64,000 bases of DNA from an uncultured Planctomycetia bacterium (GTDB lineage Bacteria > Omnitrophota > Gorgyraeia > 2-02-FULL-51-18), in contig CAZSGP010000002.1 of assembly GCA_964606485.1 (NCBI GenBank), positions 202,766 through 266,765 on the forward strand, given 5' to 3'. The position numbers and the translations under genes are program-made. Numbering within the stretch: position 1 is the first letter of the stretch; every line of letters starts with the position of its first letter. Below are positions 20,783 through 31,669 of the stretch, piece by piece. The notes under the pieces are model-generated. The model worked only from the letters and a program-made list of their open reading frames with translations. It had not been told where the DNA came from and ran no database searches.

Positions 20783-21510
20783 ATGTTGTAATGCTTTTTT
20801 AAATAAAACAAATCTTTAAACATGCGGATCGAATCTCGTACAAGACTCACCTTGGATCCTTCGGCTTGCTTCCACATCACAGGCACTTCCGCTGTTTTGT
20901 AAGAATTTATTTTGGCTAAGTATAAAATTTCGACATCAAATGAAAAACCTTCGAGCGTCATCTTTGAAAAAAGAGTTCTCGCAGCTTCGCGGCTAAACGC
21001 CTTAAATCCGCACTGCGTGTCCATAAAATCAGAAATCACAAGGCGCTTCACAAAAAAATTAAAAATTCTTCCGGAAAGAGTGCGTTTTAGGCTCTGCTGA
21101 ACGTCGGTACCCTTCCCTCGCAGCGCTAGGGATCCAATCGCCACTTGAAAACCACTCTCAAGCTTCGCAAGCAGTTTATCGACTTCCTTGATGGGGCTTG
21201 ATAAATTCACATCCGTGAGCAAAATGAATTTTCCTTGGCAGTCCAAAATCGCCCGGCGTGAGGTCGCGCCCTTTCCAATATTTTTTTCGCTTCTTAAAAT
21301 ACGGACTCGACTTTCTTTTTCTTTGGCAATCCATTCCGCCACAAGGCGATCCGTGTTGTCCTGCGATCCGTCACTCGACACCACAATTTCCCAATTGTAT
21401 TGTTGATGACTTAAAAAAGCTTTGATCCGGTTCAAGCAGTTGAGAATATTTTTTTCTTCGTTGTAGGCCGGGACCGCTACCGAAAGATAGACAGGCTCTA
21501 CAGAAGACAT
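20779..21510 (-). CDS. Family 2 glycosyltransferase (DPM1/ArnC-like polyprenyl-phosphate sugar transferase type, soluble form).
   Basis: 243 aa. It begins VAVPAYNEE and has a DxD-like motif SSDGSQDNT, matching the GT2 dolichyl-phosphate glycosyltransferase pattern. Confidence 0.7.
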   Translation of the reverse strand: MSSVEPVYLSVAVPAYNEEKNILNCLNRIKAFLSHQQYNWEIVVSSDGSQDNTDRLVAEWIAKEKESRVRILRSEKNIGKGATSRRAILDCQGKFILLTDVNLSSPIKEVDKLLAKLESGFQVAIGSLALRGKGTDVQQSLKRTLSGRIFNFFVKRLVISDFMDTQCGFKAFSREAARTLFSKMTLEGFSFDVEILYLAKINSYKTAEVPVMWKQAEGSKVSLVRDSIRMFKDLFYLKKHYNI

Positions 21511-22445
21511 GCTTTAAAATAATCGATGGTGCGTGAAAGACCCTCTCGGAGAGGAACCTTTGGCTGCCAGTCGAGTTTTGATTTGGCGAGTGCAATATCC
21601 GGGCAACGCTGTTTCGGATCATCCACCGGAAGATCTTTGTAAACAAAATGTGATTTTGAACCCGTGAGTTCTACGATCAACTTCCCAAGCTCTAGCACTG
21701 ATTTTTCATTCGGGTTTCCGAGATTCACCGGCTCATTGAGTTTGGAGTTGGAAACACCAATGATCCCCTCCACCAAATCATCCACATAGCAATAGCTTCG
21801 CGTCTGCGCGCCCTTGCCATACACCGTGAGTGGTTTTCCAAGTAGCGCCTGCGCAATGAAATTTGGAATCACCCGCCCATCTTCCACTCGCATGCGCGGA
21901 CCGTAGGTGTTAAAAATACGGACGATTTTAGCGTCCACTCTAAATTCCCGGCGATAACAGGCCGTCATTGCTTCCGAAAAACGCTTCGCCTCGTCGTACA
22001 CGGCTCGAGGGCCGGCCGGGTTTACATTCCCCCAGTAGCTTTCGTTTTGAGGGTGAACTGAAGGGTCGCCGTACACCTCACTGGTCGACGCCATTAGAAA
22101 CACGCATTTTTTGGCGCGCGCCAATTCTAACGCGTTAAATGTTCCAAAAGAACCGACTTTCATGGTTTCGAGCGGAAACTTTAAGTAATCCGGGGGGCTC
22201 GCAGGAGACGCGAATTGAAGAATCTTGTCGATCTTGCCCGACACCTTAAAACCTTTTGAAATATCCGCCTTGATGAATTTAAAATTCTTATTCTTGGAGA
22301 GAAGCTTCACATTGTCCGTTGACCCAGTGATCAAGTTATCAACGCAAAACACTTCATGTTCATTTTCCAGAAATTTTTCGCATAAGTGGGAGCCGATGAA
22401 TCCGGCGCCGCCCGTCACTAAGATTCTTTTCATTTGAGATACCAC
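21498..22445 (-). CDS. UDP-glucuronate decarboxylase (UDP-xylose synthase-like short-chain dehydrogenase).
   Basis: 315 aa. The Rossmann motif [14 protein letters not shown], the segment CVDNLITGS, and the YDEAKR catalytic Tyr-x-x-x-Lys are typical of UXS/ArnA-C-terminal type enzymes. Confidence 0.7.
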   Translation of the reverse strand: MVSQMKRILVTGGAGFIGSHLCEKFLENEHEVFCVDNLITGSTDNVKLLSKNKNFKFIKADISKGFKVSGKIDKILQFASPASPPDYLKFPLETMKVGSFGTFNALELARAKKCVFLMASTSEVYGDPSVHPQNESYWGNVNPAGPRAVYDEAKRFSEAMTACYRREFRVDAKIVRIFNTYGPRMRVEDGRVIPNFIAQALLGKPLTVYGKGAQTRSYCYVDDLVEGIIGVSNSKLNEPVNLGNPNEKSVLELGKLIVELTGSKSHFVYKDLPVDDPKQRCPDIALAKSKLDWQPKVPLREGLSRTIDYFKACLL

Positions 22446-23359
22446 TCCACAGATTTTTTTAGCCCCTCTTCAAGACCAACTTTAGGCTTCCAACCCAATT
22501 CTTTTTGAATTCGCGCAATACTGGCACAGGTCCGATCCGGGTCTCCGGGTCTTTGGGGGCCGTGCACCGCTTTTAGTTTGGAATTGGAAAGCTTCAGTAG
22601 GGTCTGCACGAGCGACAAGATGGATGTCGTTTTTCCTGAACCTAAATTGTACACACGTCCGTATGATTTCGGATTGCCTAAGATTTTAAAAAATGCTTCG
22701 AGAACATCCCCGATGTAAACAAAATCCCGCGCCTGCTTGCCCGTCCCATCAATCACCGGAGCTTCCCCTTGGCTAATTTTAGACATAACACCGGGAACCA
22801 CAAGCGAGTACTTGGACTCTGGGTTTTGCTCAGGGCCGTACACATTAAAAATTCGCACCGATGTCGTCGGAAGGCCAAGCTGTGAAGTGTAATAGGAAGC
22901 GTAGCCTTCAGCGGCAAGTTTTGCGACGCCGTACGGCGAGATCGGGCAAAAAGGCCCCTCTTCTTTTTGAAGATCAGAAATTTCAGCGCCATACACGGCA
23001 CTAGTCGACGTAAAAATAAAATGCTTCACCTTCGCACGAAGTGAGTGCTCCAAAAGAAGCAAAGCGCCCGTGGAATTAACTTCATGCGCCAAAAGCGGAT
23101 CTTCAACGGACTTGGCCACCGATCGAATAGCCGCAAAATGAAACACGACGTCAACGCCCTTCACCGCTTTTTGAACGGCCTTCGGGTCGCGAATATCCCC
23201 CCTGATCAAATCAATCTTACCCTTAAATGGGTCCAATACCCTTGGGCTGCTGCAGGAAAAATTATCAATGACGCGAACTTCAAAGCCTTTGGCTAAAAGC
23301 GCTCGAATCATGTGACGACCCACAAATCCGGCGCCGCCGGTGACTAGAATTTTTTTCAT
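22430..23359 (-). CDS. NAD-dependent nucleotide-sugar epimerase/dehydratase (GalE-like).
   Basis: 309 aa, with the glycine motif GGAGFVG and the catalytic pair YGVAKLAAE (YxxxK). Confidence 0.6.
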   Translation of the reverse strand: MKKILVTGGAGFVGRHMIRALLAKGFEVRVIDNFSCSSPRVLDPFKGKIDLIRGDIRDPKAVQKAVKGVDVVFHFAAIRSVAKSVEDPLLAHEVNSTGALLLLEHSLRAKVKHFIFTSTSAVYGAEISDLQKEEGPFCPISPYGVAKLAAEGYASYYTSQLGLPTTSVRIFNVYGPEQNPESKYSLVVPGVMSKISQGEAPVIDGTGKQARDFVYIGDVLEAFFKILGNPKSYGRVYNLGSGKTTSILSLVQTLLKLSNSKLKAVHGPQRPGDPDRTCASIARIQKELGWKPKVGLEEGLKKSVEWYLK

Positions 23360-24660
23360 ATGAAAAATAAGTTGGTTTTAGGAGCGAATTTTCTAAGCAC
23401 GTTTCGTGTATCTAAAATTACTTCCGAATGCTTGACGACGCTTAAATAATCAAATCCACTATGGTCTGTCAAAATTACGACGCAGTCCTGGCGCTGAATC
23501 ATCGCCTGTGAAAGCTTGGTAGAAGCAAGGCGTGATGAACCCGCCATGACTGTTTTTACAAACGGGTCGCTATAAGAAACGACTGCGCCCTGCTTAATCA
23601 AGTGGGCCATCACATCGATGGCGGGTGACTCGCGCGCGTCGTCAATGTCCCGCTTATACGCCGCTCCCAAGACTAGCACGCGCGCTTTTTTAAGCGGCTT
23701 GCCACTCGACTTTAAAATCTCCCGAATCCTTTCGACCACGCGCTCTGGCATCGAATGATTGACGCGCGCAGCAAGCTCGATAATCTCCGCGCGAAAATGA
23801 TGTTTGCGTGATTTCCAAGAAAGATAAAGCGGGTCAATTGGCAGGCAGTGTCCGCCAATTCCAGGCCCCGGATAAAATGGCATAAATCCAAACGGCTTTG
23901 TTTTCGCCGCCTCGATCACTTCCCAAATATCCACACCAAATTTATGACAAAGCAAGGCCATTTCATTGATAAGACCAATATTTACACTTCGAAAAGTATT
24001 CTCTAAAAGTTTCGCCATTTCTGCGGTACGGGTTGATGAGACAGGGACTATTTTCTTCATCACGGCGCCGTACAGCGCGCCAGCGGCGGCTGTCGACTCG
24101 AGACCAAACCCGCCTACGACTTTCGGAATATCTTCGGTCGAAAAATTTTTATTTCCTGGGTCAATTCGTTCAGGCGAGAATGCAAGAAAAAAATCCTTTT
24201 TAGCGCTAAGCCCAGTTTTTTCCAACAATGGGAGCATGATTTCTTCGGTAGTGCCCGGATACGTTGTGCTCTCGAGCACAATCAGTTGACCTTTATGCAA
24301 ATACTTGGAAAGGCTCTCGGTCACTTTAATCACATGGGAAATATCAGGCTCTTTTGTTTTATTCAAAGGCGTCGGCACACAAATAATGACGGCATCGAGC
24401 GAGCCGGCATTCCGATAATCAGCCGAAGCGCGCAAATTTCCACTGCGGACCACTTTTTTCAAATCTTTCGATGAAATATCGAGCACATATGACTGCCCGC
24501 GATTTAGGCGGCTTACTTTCGTAGCGTCTAAATCAATTCCTTCAACCTTAAATCCTTTTTTGGCAAATAAAACCGCAAGCGGCAAACCGACATAACCCAG
24601 ACCCACAATTCCGATCCGCGCCTTTTTTTGCTGAATTTTTTTCTTAAACTGTTCGAGCAT
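23356..24660 (-). CDS. Nucleotide-sugar dehydrogenase (UDP-ManNAc/UDP-GlcNAc 6-dehydrogenase family, WecC/WbpA-like).
   Basis: 434 aa. It has the N-terminal NAD motif IGIVGLGYVGLPLA and a catalytic cysteine region GGHCLPID. Confidence 0.7.
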   Translation of the reverse strand: MLEQFKKKIQQKKARIGIVGLGYVGLPLAVLFAKKGFKVEGIDLDATKVSRLNRGQSYVLDISSKDLKKVVRSGNLRASADYRNAGSLDAVIICVPTPLNKTKEPDISHVIKVTESLSKYLHKGQLIVLESTTYPGTTEEIMLPLLEKTGLSAKKDFFLAFSPERIDPGNKNFSTEDIPKVVGGFGLESTAAAGALYGAVMKKIVPVSSTRTAEMAKLLENTFRSVNIGLINEMALLCHKFGVDIWEVIEAAKTKPFGFMPFYPGPGIGGHCLPIDPLYLSWKSRKHHFRAEIIELAARVNHSMPERVVERIREILKSSGKPLKKARVLVLGAAYKRDIDDARESPAIDVMAHLIKQGAVVSYSDPFVKTVMAGSSRLASTKLSQAMIQRQDCVVILTDHSGFDYLSVVKHSEVILDTRNVLRKFAPKTNLFFI

Positions 24661-25615
24661 GAACTTGCCTTCTCCAATCTTCCAAGAGATCCTTTAGCGT
24701 GGTCTGAATCGCAATTTTTGGTTTCCAGCCGGTCGCCTTTTGAAATTTTGAAGCATCCCCCTTTAGCACCGAGATATCATAACTGCGCACGCGCTTAGGG
24801 TCGACATGAAGTTTAATCCGTACGCTTGAAAGCCGTACAAGCCCGTTTAAAATATCCTTAATCGCTAGCGTTTTACCCGAACAAATATTGTACACCTGTC
24901 CAGGCGCTCCTTTTTCGAGAGCAAGCCAATAACCGCTCACCATATCCCGCACATCGGTAAAATCCTTTTGACTATGCAGGTTACCAACTTGTATCACCGG
25001 CTTCTGTCGACCCACTTCAATTAACGCAATCTGCTTCGCAAAAGAACTTGCCGCAAAACGCTCATCTTGTCCGGGCCCAATGTGACTAAACGCGTTGGTG
25101 TGAATAATTTTTAATCCAAAACTCTTAAAATATTGAACACTTAAAAGCTGCTGTGCCGCCTTTGAAACCGCATAAGGACTGGTGGGTCTAAATGGAGAAA
25201 TTTCCCGGATTGGGAGCTCACTCTTTGGGACATTTCCATACACAGCGGCTGAACCTGCGATGTGAATCAGCGGCTTAAGCTCCAAAGCTCGTACCGCCTC
25301 CAGAATATTGAGCTGACCCAAAATGTTTTCAGAAAGCGTCTCCTGCGGAAATGTAATGGATGTGGGAACATAGGACTGGCCCGCTAAATGAAAAATCCGG
25401 TCTGGCTTTATTTTAGAGAGTGTCGACTTTACCGCTTTGGCACTTAGAAGGTCACACTCCGAAAAATGAACTTTGTTTTTTTGATCTCCAAACGCCGCCT
25501 CAAATTTTTTGAGGCTCCGAGAGATTCCAAACAATTCAACATTCTTTTTTTCTAGCGCAAGCTCCGCCAAGTGCTTACCCGCAAATCCGCTGACTCCGGT
25601 GATAAGAATCTTCAT
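24644..25615 (-). CDS. NAD-dependent epimerase/dehydratase, GDP-4-keto-6-deoxy-D-mannose reductase (Rmd)-like.
   Basis: 323 aa, with the motif ILITGVSGFAGKHL and a YxxxK catalytic pair (YAVSK). Confidence 0.55.
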   Translation of the reverse strand: MKILITGVSGFAGKHLAELALEKKNVELFGISRSLKKFEAAFGDQKNKVHFSECDLLSAKAVKSTLSKIKPDRIFHLAGQSYVPTSITFPQETLSENILGQLNILEAVRALELKPLIHIAGSAAVYGNVPKSELPIREISPFRPTSPYAVSKAAQQLLSVQYFKSFGLKIIHTNAFSHIGPGQDERFAASSFAKQIALIEVGRQKPVIQVGNLHSQKDFTDVRDMVSGYWLALEKGAPGQVYNICSGKTLAIKDILNGLVRLSSVRIKLHVDPKRVRSYDISVLKGDASKFQKATGWKPKIAIQTTLKDLLEDWRRQVHARTV

Positions 25616-26502
25616 ACCGAGACCACGTACTCTTTGAGCGCGTCTTGCCAGGGGCGAATCGGTGAGTGGAACAAATCTTCATATGCTTTTGTGGACATAG
25701 GAACGCGGCACGGCCGTTCGGCAATGCGCCCCTTTACGCTTAAGGGATCGGTGCGCTCGACAGAGACGCTTTTTAAATTGAGAAAATCTTTCATAGCGCG
25801 CGTCATCTCGAGTCTCGTCGTCTCCCCCTTATTGCAAAATTGAACGGTTTTAAAAAACGCTTCATCGCTCGGAAGCTTCATCAGAAAATCTGCAATCTTT
25901 TCAATGGCGCCTGCCAAGTCTACCGCATAGGTCGGTGAATCTGTCTGATCATCCAAAACCCCCACGACTTTTTCCGTTTTCAAGCGCTTTAAAATGGCAT
26001 TCACAAAATTTTGCTCTGACCCCGCTCCAAAAAGCCAACTCGTACGCACCACGCAGGTTTGGTAGGCGTATTCTTTGGCATAAAACTCACCCTCGAGCTT
26101 TGTAAGCCCGTAAATATTCACCGGAAATGTTGGGTCCGAAACTTCGTAGAGGCCTTTTTTCTCACCGTTAAAAACATAGTCGGTGCTTACGTGAATAAAG
26201 GGGATTTTTCTTTCTTTGCAAGCCCGACTCAACACTTTTACCGCGATGCCGTTAGCCTGATGCGCCAGCTCCGGGTTTCTTTCACAGCCGTCCACATCGG
26301 AAAAAGCCGCTGAGTTAATGACAAGATCAGGGTGGTGGGCGTCTAAAACAGATTGGACGGCTCCCGCGTCCGACAACTCGCAGATTTGGGTCGAATCGCG
26401 GCCCGTCTTGGAAAGACCGAGCACTTTGTGCTTGGAAGAGAATTGGCGAAGCAACGTTTTGCCTAAGAGACCTGATGCGCCGGCAATCAAGAGTGACGCC
26501 AT
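25612..26502 (-). CDS. rfbD: dTDP-4-dehydrorhamnose reductase.
   Basis: RmlD homology begins at MASLLIAGASGLLG, with the ATG at 26500-26502, 2 nt after the rfbB stop. The track ORF running to 26700 is an upstream in-frame extension into rfbB. Confidence 0.75.
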   Translation of the reverse strand: MASLLIAGASGLLGKTLLRQFSSKHKVLGLSKTGRDSTQICELSDAGAVQSVLDAHHPDLVINSAAFSDVDGCERNPELAHQANGIAVKVLSRACKERKIPFIHVSTDYVFNGEKKGLYEVSDPTFPVNIYGLTKLEGEFYAKEYAYQTCVVRTSWLFGAGSEQNFVNAILKRLKTEKVVGVLDDQTDSPTYAVDLAGAIEKIADFLMKLPSDEAFFKTVQFCNKGETTRLEMTRAMKDFLNLKSVSVERTDPLSVKGRIAERPCRVPMSTKAYEDLFHSPIRPWQDALKEYVVSV

Positions 26503-26503
26503 C

Positions 26504-27508
26504 TTAGCGGCTCTGATACGCTTTCTGATAATACACCTTAAAATCTTCGCGCTTTTCCATAATCGACTGCCACCAAGAGCGGTTTGAGGCATACCAGAGA
26601 ACCGTATCTTTGAGACCTTTTTCGATGCCCACTTTTTCTTTCCACCCAAGCGCTTTGAGCTTGGCTGGGGCAATGGCATAACGACGATCATGTCCTGCAC
26701 GGTCTTGGACTTTTTGGATAAGTGTCGCAGGTTTATTAAGCGTCTTTAGAATAATCTTAGTGAGCTCAATATTTTTTAAATAAAATGGCGTCGCAACATT
26801 GTACGCTTCGCCCTTCTTTCCTTTTTTAAATACAGTGATAATCCCGCGCGCATGATCTTCGACATGCATCCAGTTGCGAACCTGAAGACCGTCTCCATAA
26901 AGCGGAAGAGGCTTATCGGATAGTGCATTCGCCGCAAAAAGAGGCAGTACTTTTTCAGGGTACTGATAAGGGCCGAAGGTATTTGAGCCGCGTGTCACAA
27001 CCATATTCACGCCGTACGTCTCAGCATAAGAGCGCACCAAAAAATCTGCCGCTGTTTTAGAAATCGCGTAAGGGCTTGTGGGATTTAGCGCATCGGTCTC
27101 TTTAAAATACCCTTTGTCGCGGCTGCCATAGACTTCATCGGTGCTCACGTAAAGGAAGCGTTTGATTTTTAATTTTCGTACCGCCTCAAGCAAAACATAA
27201 GTTCCGTAAAGATTGGAATCAAAAAAATCCTTTGCGTCAATCAGCGATCGGTCCACATGGGTTTCTGCGGCGGCGTGGATAACACCGTCACAACCAGCCA
27301 GCGCCTTTTCAACGGCGACCCTATCACAAACGTCCCCCTTAACAAAAGCGTAGCGCGGATTAGATTCCAGGTCTTTTAAGCGCGAAAGATCGCCACAATA
27401 GGTGAGCTTATCGAAATTAACGATTGAAATTCTAGGGTCGGCCGCAAGCCACAAGCGAATGAGGTGGGAGCCGATAAATCCGGCGCCTCCTGTCACAACA
27501 ATCTTCAT
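26504..27508 (-). CDS. rfbB: dTDP-glucose 4,6-dehydratase.
   Basis: 334 aa. It has the motif [16 protein letters not shown], the RmlB catalytic triad context YSASKAA-like (YAISKTAAD), and a C-terminal family signature. Confidence 0.85.
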   Translation of the reverse strand: MKIVVTGGAGFIGSHLIRLWLAADPRISIVNFDKLTYCGDLSRLKDLESNPRYAFVKGDVCDRVAVEKALAGCDGVIHAAAETHVDRSLIDAKDFFDSNLYGTYVLLEAVRKLKIKRFLYVSTDEVYGSRDKGYFKETDALNPTSPYAISKTAADFLVRSYAETYGVNMVVTRGSNTFGPYQYPEKVLPLFAANALSDKPLPLYGDGLQVRNWMHVEDHARGIITVFKKGKKGEAYNVATPFYLKNIELTKIILKTLNKPATLIQKVQDRAGHDRRYAIAPAKLKALGWKEKVGIEKGLKDTVLWYASNRSWWQSIMEKREDFKVYYQKAYQSR

Positions 27509-28269
27509 TTTTTATTCTTGTCCACTGACGCCCTGGTCATGGAGCGCTCTTTGCGGGAAACAAGCAAATTAGCCCGGAACAGAGAATCAAACGTTCCACT
27601 GTCTGTCCACCAGCCCTTTAAGACATCAAATTCGAGCTCTTTTTTTTGGATGTAAGCATTGTTCACGTCGGTAATTTCAAGCTCTCCGCGCTTTGAAGGT
27701 TTTAGCGCTTCGATGATTTCAAAAACCTGCTCATCATACATATACACACCGGTTACCGCTAAATTTGACTTTGGGTTTTTGGGCTTTTCTTCGATCGAGA
27801 CAATCCTTTTTCCATCCATCGCCGCAACACCGAAACGCTCTGGATCAGTCACTTCTTTCAGCAAGACACGCGCTCCGCTTCTTTGTTTCCGGAAGCGTTC
27901 CACATGCGGCTTAATACTATTTTCCAAAATATTGTCGCCCAAAATAACAACCATCCGCTTATTTTTTGAGAAGTATTTGGCAAGGCCCAAGGCCTGCGCA
28001 ATTCCTCCCTCCCCTTCTTGATAAGTGTAATTGATATGATCGAGTCCAAACGCTTTCCCGTTGCCAAGAAGTCTTAAAAATTCGCCGGCGTGGTTTCCGC
28101 CAGTCACAATGACGATGTCCTTTATACCCGCCTCCACCAAAAGTTCGATAGGGTAATAAATCATCGGCTTGTTATAAATAGGTAATAAATGCTTATTCGT
28201 GATCTTGGTCAGCGGGTGAAGACGCGTGCCGAGACCGCCCGCCAGAATCACTCCTTTTAAATCGCTCAT
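27505..28269 (-). CDS. rfbA: Glucose-1-phosphate thymidylyltransferase (short form).
   Basis: 254 aa. The N-terminal signature is GVILAGGLGTRLHPLT. Confidence 0.85.
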   Translation of the reverse strand: MSDLKGVILAGGLGTRLHPLTKITNKHLLPIYNKPMIYYPIELLVEAGIKDIVIVTGGNHAGEFLRLLGNGKAFGLDHINYTYQEGEGGIAQALGLAKYFSKNKRMVVILGDNILENSIKPHVERFRKQRSGARVLLKEVTDPERFGVAAMDGKRIVSIEEKPKNPKSNLAVTGVYMYDEQVFEIIEALKPSKRGELEITDVNNAYIQKKELEFDVLKGWWTDSGTFDSLFRANLLVSRKERSMTRASVDKNKK

Positions 28270-29565
28270 TTAGTTCGCTCTCCCCATGGAAACATAACGA
28301 AAGCCAAGTGATTTCATAACCTTTGGATCGTAAATATTGCGCCCGTCCACAATCACGGGCTGATGCATGATTTTTTTAAGGCGCTTTAAATCAAGCTCCT
28401 TAAATTCGTTCCATTCTGTCACAATCAGCAGACAGTCGCTTCCTTTGGCGGCTTCATAACTATCCTTACAAAAAGTCACGTTTTTAAGAACCTTGCGGGC
28501 ATTGGGCATGGCGTGGGGGTCAAATGCGCGAATCGCAGCACCATGCTGTTGAAGCGCAGAAATAATCTCAAGACTAGGCGCGTAACGAATATCGTCCGTA
28601 TTCGGCTTAAAGGATAGACCCAGCACACCGATTTTCTTGGCATGAATATTCCACATCACCTGCTCAATTTTTTTTAAGAAGACATGCTTCTGGTGGTTGT
28701 TTATCTTTTCAACCGATTTGAGAAGTTCAAAGTTGTAGCCCAATTTTTCTGAAATTCGAATGAATGCAGCAAGATCTTTTGGAAAACAGAAGCCGCCAAA
28801 TCCAATTCCAGGATTTAAAAATGATTTTCCAATACGACGGTCTAGTCCCATACCAAGAGCCACTTGCTCCACATCGGCGCCAGCCGCGTCGCAGATATTG
28901 CTAATCGCATTGATAAATGAAATCTTTGTGGCCAGAAACGAGTTGGAGGCATGCTTGATAATCTCGGCGCTTTTAATGTCCGTAAAAACAAGCTCTGCTT
29001 TGAGCGGTTTATAAAGAGAGCTTAAAACCTCTTTGGCCTTGGGTGACTCCACACCTAAAATAACTCGATCCGGTTTCATAAAATCTGAAATGGCGCTTCC
29101 CTCTCTTAAAAATTCCGGATTCGAAGCCACGTCAAAATGTGCACCTTTCTTAGCGTATCGTTCAATCGTTTGGCGAATTTTCTCACCCGTCTGAACAGGC
29201 ACCGTGCTTTTTTCGACGACAAGCTTATAAGAAGAAATGGTTTTGGCGATGTCTCTGGCGACATTTTCAATGAAACTCAAGTCCGCTTCGCCGTTAGCTC
29301 TGGGAGGCGTTCCAACGGCAATGAAAATGGTGTCTGCTTTTTTAGAGGCTACTTTTAGATCGGTCGTAAATGAAAGTCTTTTACCTTTCAGACCCGAAAG
29401 CACAAGCTCGCTGAGTCCTGGTTCATAAATGGGCATCTTGCCTTTTTTAAGGCGGGCGATTTTTTCAACATCAATGTCCACACAGACAACCTCGTTGCCG
29501 AGCTCAGCAAAGCAAGCGCCCGTAACAAGACCGACATAACCGCAACCCACAACCGCAATTTTCAT
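28270..29565 (-). CDS. ugd: UDP-glucose 6-dehydrogenase.
   Basis: 431 aa. It has the NAD motif MKIAVVGCGYVGLV and the catalytic Cys context GFGGFCFPKD. Confidence 0.8.
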   Translation of the reverse strand: MKIAVVGCGYVGLVTGACFAELGNEVVCVDIDVEKIARLKKGKMPIYEPGLSELVLSGLKGKRLSFTTDLKVASKKADTIFIAVGTPPRANGEADLSFIENVARDIAKTISSYKLVVEKSTVPVQTGEKIRQTIERYAKKGAHFDVASNPEFLREGSAISDFMKPDRVILGVESPKAKEVLSSLYKPLKAELVFTDIKSAEIIKHASNSFLATKISFINAISNICDAAGADVEQVALGMGLDRRIGKSFLNPGIGFGGFCFPKDLAAFIRISEKLGYNFELLKSVEKINNHQKHVFLKKIEQVMWNIHAKKIGVLGLSFKPNTDDIRYAPSLEIISALQQHGAAIRAFDPHAMPNARKVLKNVTFCKDSYEAAKGSDCLLIVTEWNEFKELDLKRLKKIMHQPVIVDGRNIYDPKVMKSLGFRYVSMGRAN

Positions 29566-29566
29566 A

Positions 29567-31660
29567 CTAGAGTCTGCTTGCCGCTTTTGGGCTGCTGTAA
29601 CTTTGGCTCATTCCAAATGAAGCCTTCGGAAAAGCCTTAAGCCTTAGCGCCACAAAAAAGGTGTCTCCGTGCTCCTGGCGGTGATTGTACGTCAAATCCA
29701 CAATCACGCAGTTAAAAGTGCGCGAAAGGCCGAGTTCAAATTCTTTAGACTCGTTCGTTTCAAATTCATAGCGTTCGTAAATTTTAGTTTCCCATTGTGG
29801 ATTTATTTTCCAGCGAAGCTCCGTTGTCGTTTGGCTGGACTCATCCTTCGCATAACGCTGGCCGAGCGAATAACGAAAATCCCCGCGCGTCAGGTAAAAA
29901 TCCGCATTCACCGTTTCAAAATCGCGCGAAACCGTGTCGAATGTCGCGTCAGACTCTATGCCCATCCAGGAATACGGTCTTAATTCCAAATCATACCCAA
30001 CATTTTCGATGCGGCCGGTGTCAAAGTTCTGGTCAAAAAAAGGAATGATGCGCACGATTTCGCGGGACACCAAATTTCCAGAGGGGTCATGTTCCTTGGT
30101 TTGAAGCTTATTTTCAAAATTAAACCGGAAATAATTTTGTTTATCGAGCGCATCGATCGCGTCAAACTGCTGAAGTGTGGTACGAAGCGCGGTGGGATTG
30201 GGTCTAAAATTGTAACTCGCGGTCGGCGTAAAAATATGGCGGATGCCGTTATAATCCAAACCCAGTGCGTGAACGGACGTTTCGTAGGTCTTAAAAAAAC
30301 GCGTGCTCAGATCCAAGCCCGGCTCAAACGCCCCACGGAAAAGCCCTTCTGTGTCACCGGATCGACGCGAATAAGCTGTGTTGTGCACACCCGCTCTCGG
30401 TGTCACAGAAAAATTTCCCACATGGCCTGCGTAAGAAAGCGTGTGGTTCAAATCCAAGCGCTGAGCCTCAAGATCGCCGTCGCCGTCTGCAAAAACCTTA
30501 GATAAGCTATCGTACTGCACCTCTTGTCTAAAATAAAACAACGTGTCAAATAACTGCTGGTTGTGTGTGTCGAAGCGAAGTTGGGGCTCTCTCTGAACCA
30601 CGGTGTAGAAATCGTCTATTCTCTCCCGCGCCAAAACACTGAACGTATATTCCGGCTTGGATGTAATAATTGAGACGTAGTTTTCGGGAACACTCTGCTC
30701 TTCAAATTCCTCACGGTAAAAGAAATCCTTTACGACAAGCGGGTCGCTTAGGTCGTTAATTTCCGCTGTCAACGTCGTGTCTTCGGTTAATTTGGACTGA
30801 TGGCGCCACTGAATCCGGCTTCGGTCTTCATCAAAATTTTGTGGTGGGTTATTGTCGTTGGCATAATAAGTGCGGATAGCGCCGTGACCCACCTTCTCAC
30901 CGTTATAATAATTTTCAACGCCACCCCCAAAACCTTTTTTATGGCGATAGTCTAAAAGCACATTACCTTTGGATTGGACTTCGGGAGTGTCAATTAAGTG
31001 ATAGCGCCAGCGGCTCAGCAAAAATGGACCCCACTCGGATGTTTTTCCGGGAACAAGCTGAATGGGAAAGCGCTCAAAGTCGGCATACCGCGTTTCAAAA
31101 TACGGAACCCACAAAACAGGAATTCCCCGAACCCATAACACCGCGTTGCGAGCCGAGACCATTTTTCCGGGGAAGATGTCCACTTGATGCGCCTGAACCT
31201 TGTAAAACGGATTGTCGCCGCAACAGGTCGTGACATAACTATTGATCGCGCGGTAATGATCCACTGACACACGCTCCACGCCTTGGGCTTTGCCGTAATA
31301 ACTGGGCGGCATCTCCATCGACATCTGAGAGACGTTGCCGGTTTTCTTTCCAAAATTATACTCCGCGTGCTCTCCCTTAAAAATGCTGCCTCGCTGAGTC
31401 AGAACGACATGGCCTTCGGCCGTGGCCATTTTAGTGTTGGTGAACACGGTCATTTTATCGGCGGTGAGTTTTACATCTTCGTAATCAATGGAAACATTTC
31501 CGACCGCTTCTACTTTTTGGAGTTCATGAAAATATTCGACGGAATCACCATGAACTTGAATGGGAGCCCCCTCATCCGTAGCAGCCGAAAAAGCAAACGG
31601 ACAAAGCGCAAGAAATGCGGCAAAAAAAGATAGGTTTAGTAAAAAACGATTGAGTTTCAT
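29567..31660 (-). CDS. lptD: LPS-assembly outer-membrane protein LptD/OstA homologue.
   Basis: 697 aa. It has a signal peptide, an N-terminal OstA-like beta-jellyroll, and a large C-terminal beta-barrel-like region ending in aromatic residues. Confidence 0.65.
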   Translation of the reverse strand: MKLNRFLLNLSFFAAFLALCPFAFSAATDEGAPIQVHGDSVEYFHELQKVEAVGNVSIDYEDVKLTADKMTVFTNTKMATAEGHVVLTQRGSIFKGEHAEYNFGKKTGNVSQMSMEMPPSYYGKAQGVERVSVDHYRAINSYVTTCCGDNPFYKVQAHQVDIFPGKMVSARNAVLWVRGIPVLWVPYFETRYADFERFPIQLVPGKTSEWGPFLLSRWRYHLIDTPEVQSKGNVLLDYRHKKGFGGGVENYYNGEKVGHGAIRTYYANDNNPPQNFDEDRSRIQWRHQSKLTEDTTLTAEINDLSDPLVVKDFFYREEFEEQSVPENYVSIITSKPEYTFSVLARERIDDFYTVVQREPQLRFDTHNQQLFDTLFYFRQEVQYDSLSKVFADGDGDLEAQRLDLNHTLSYAGHVGNFSVTPRAGVHNTAYSRRSGDTEGLFRGAFEPGLDLSTRFFKTYETSVHALGLDYNGIRHIFTPTASYNFRPNPTALRTTLQQFDAIDALDKQNYFRFNFENKLQTKEHDPSGNLVSREIVRIIPFFDQNFDTGRIENVGYDLELRPYSWMGIESDATFDTVSRDFETVNADFYLTRGDFRYSLGQRYAKDESSQTTTELRWKINPQWETKIYERYEFETNESKEFELGLSRTFNCVIVDLTYNHRQEHGDTFFVALRLKAFPKASFGMSQSYSSPKAASRL

Positions 31661-31669
31661 TTCACCATT

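Noticed and set aside
26503-26700. An N-terminal 66-aa extension of the rfbD ORF.
   Set aside because: It lies inside rfbB in another frame. RmlD homology starts at the ATG at 26502.
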